Below are positions 63,223 to 63,839 of a stretch of DNA of 63,839 nt, piece after piece. Source of the DNA: Podarcis melisellensis (lineage: Eukaryota); assembly GCA_964234715.1 (NCBI GenBank), contig OZ174277.1. The stretch is one strand, 5' to 3'. A program made the position numbers and the translations under genes. The first letter of the stretch is position 1, and each line of letters opens with the position of its first letter. The notes beneath the pieces are model-generated. The model did no database searches, was not told where the DNA came from, and saw only the letters and a list, made by a program, of their open reading frames with translations.

Positions 63223-63839
63223 ATGGTAAGTGAGCTTGATGACATGCATGTATCAAGCTCTTGTGGTAAAGGTGCAATAAATAGGTTGTATTAGATCTGA
63301 AACTGGCTTGTATTCCATGCATCCAACTTCAATGCAAATTTCAATCCTCTTGGTAATGCTCCGAGACTCTTGGTTTTATATTGAGTTGGTATTAGATGGC
63401 AAATGGTTTTAGCTGTATTTTATTTTGGACTTTAATATTTATGGGCTGAATGCATGTCATATTATGATACCATGTTTCATTCATTAATTATGGTGGGCTT
63501 CATATTGTTTTTATTCTGCAAGGTGTCTTGAGATAGGTGATGTGCCTCCTGCATCAATATTCTGTCATCCTTTGTGCATTTCAAGCACAAACAGGTGCAC
63601 CAAGTTGTGCCCAACTTTGGGGGGGGGATCACATGTGCATGATGTCACACACGACCCAGCCTGACCCACTGAGTCCACCAGGCACATTTTCTGGAGGGGG
63701 CATGACCAGGTGTCCCCCCCCCCAAAACAGGCTCCAATGGGTGTGTAACGGAGCTGCCGAGGCAGCTTCCTTGGAGTGGGGAATCAGCTGCAGAGACCTG
63801 CCATCCCTCTCAACTCAGCTGCACTGTGCAGAGCTCCAC

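Overview
Vertebrate genomic DNA, almost certainly from a squamate reptile and probably a lacertid lizard, judged from its Sauria/Squam SINEs and CR1/L2 fragments. I found no host exon that I can support, so the window looks intronic or intergenic, with three N-gaps. The centrepiece is a young, full-length Ty3/Gypsy chromovirus of the Tf1/sushi (PEG10-related) group at 13336-19102. It has TG..CA LTRs, a CCCTG target-site duplication and one uninterrupted Gag-PR-RT-RH-IN-chromodomain ORF. Two properties stand out. (i) It has no tRNA PBS but a 10-nt self-complementary, Tf1-type priming site. (ii) Its pol ORF reads through the PPT and 336 nt into the 3' LTR, adding an acidic/Pro-rich tail that ends in RRSARLKAK, a near copy of the HMGN nucleosome-binding core RRSARLSAK. 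A solo LTR of a different family (8575-9009, minus strand) carries an ORF of nearly the same length in the same phase with a basic C-terminus, which suggests a shared LTR-encoded integrase-tail module. Also present: a third solo LTR, a 5'-truncated CR1, an L2 RT fragment, a decayed DIRS/Ngaro-type element (tyrosine recombinase plus SGNH hydrolase), many SINEs, Tc1/pogo and hAT MITEs, microsatellites, and several repeat-free motif-rich blocks that may be enhancers. All family assignments come from motif recognition by eye; no database searches were run.
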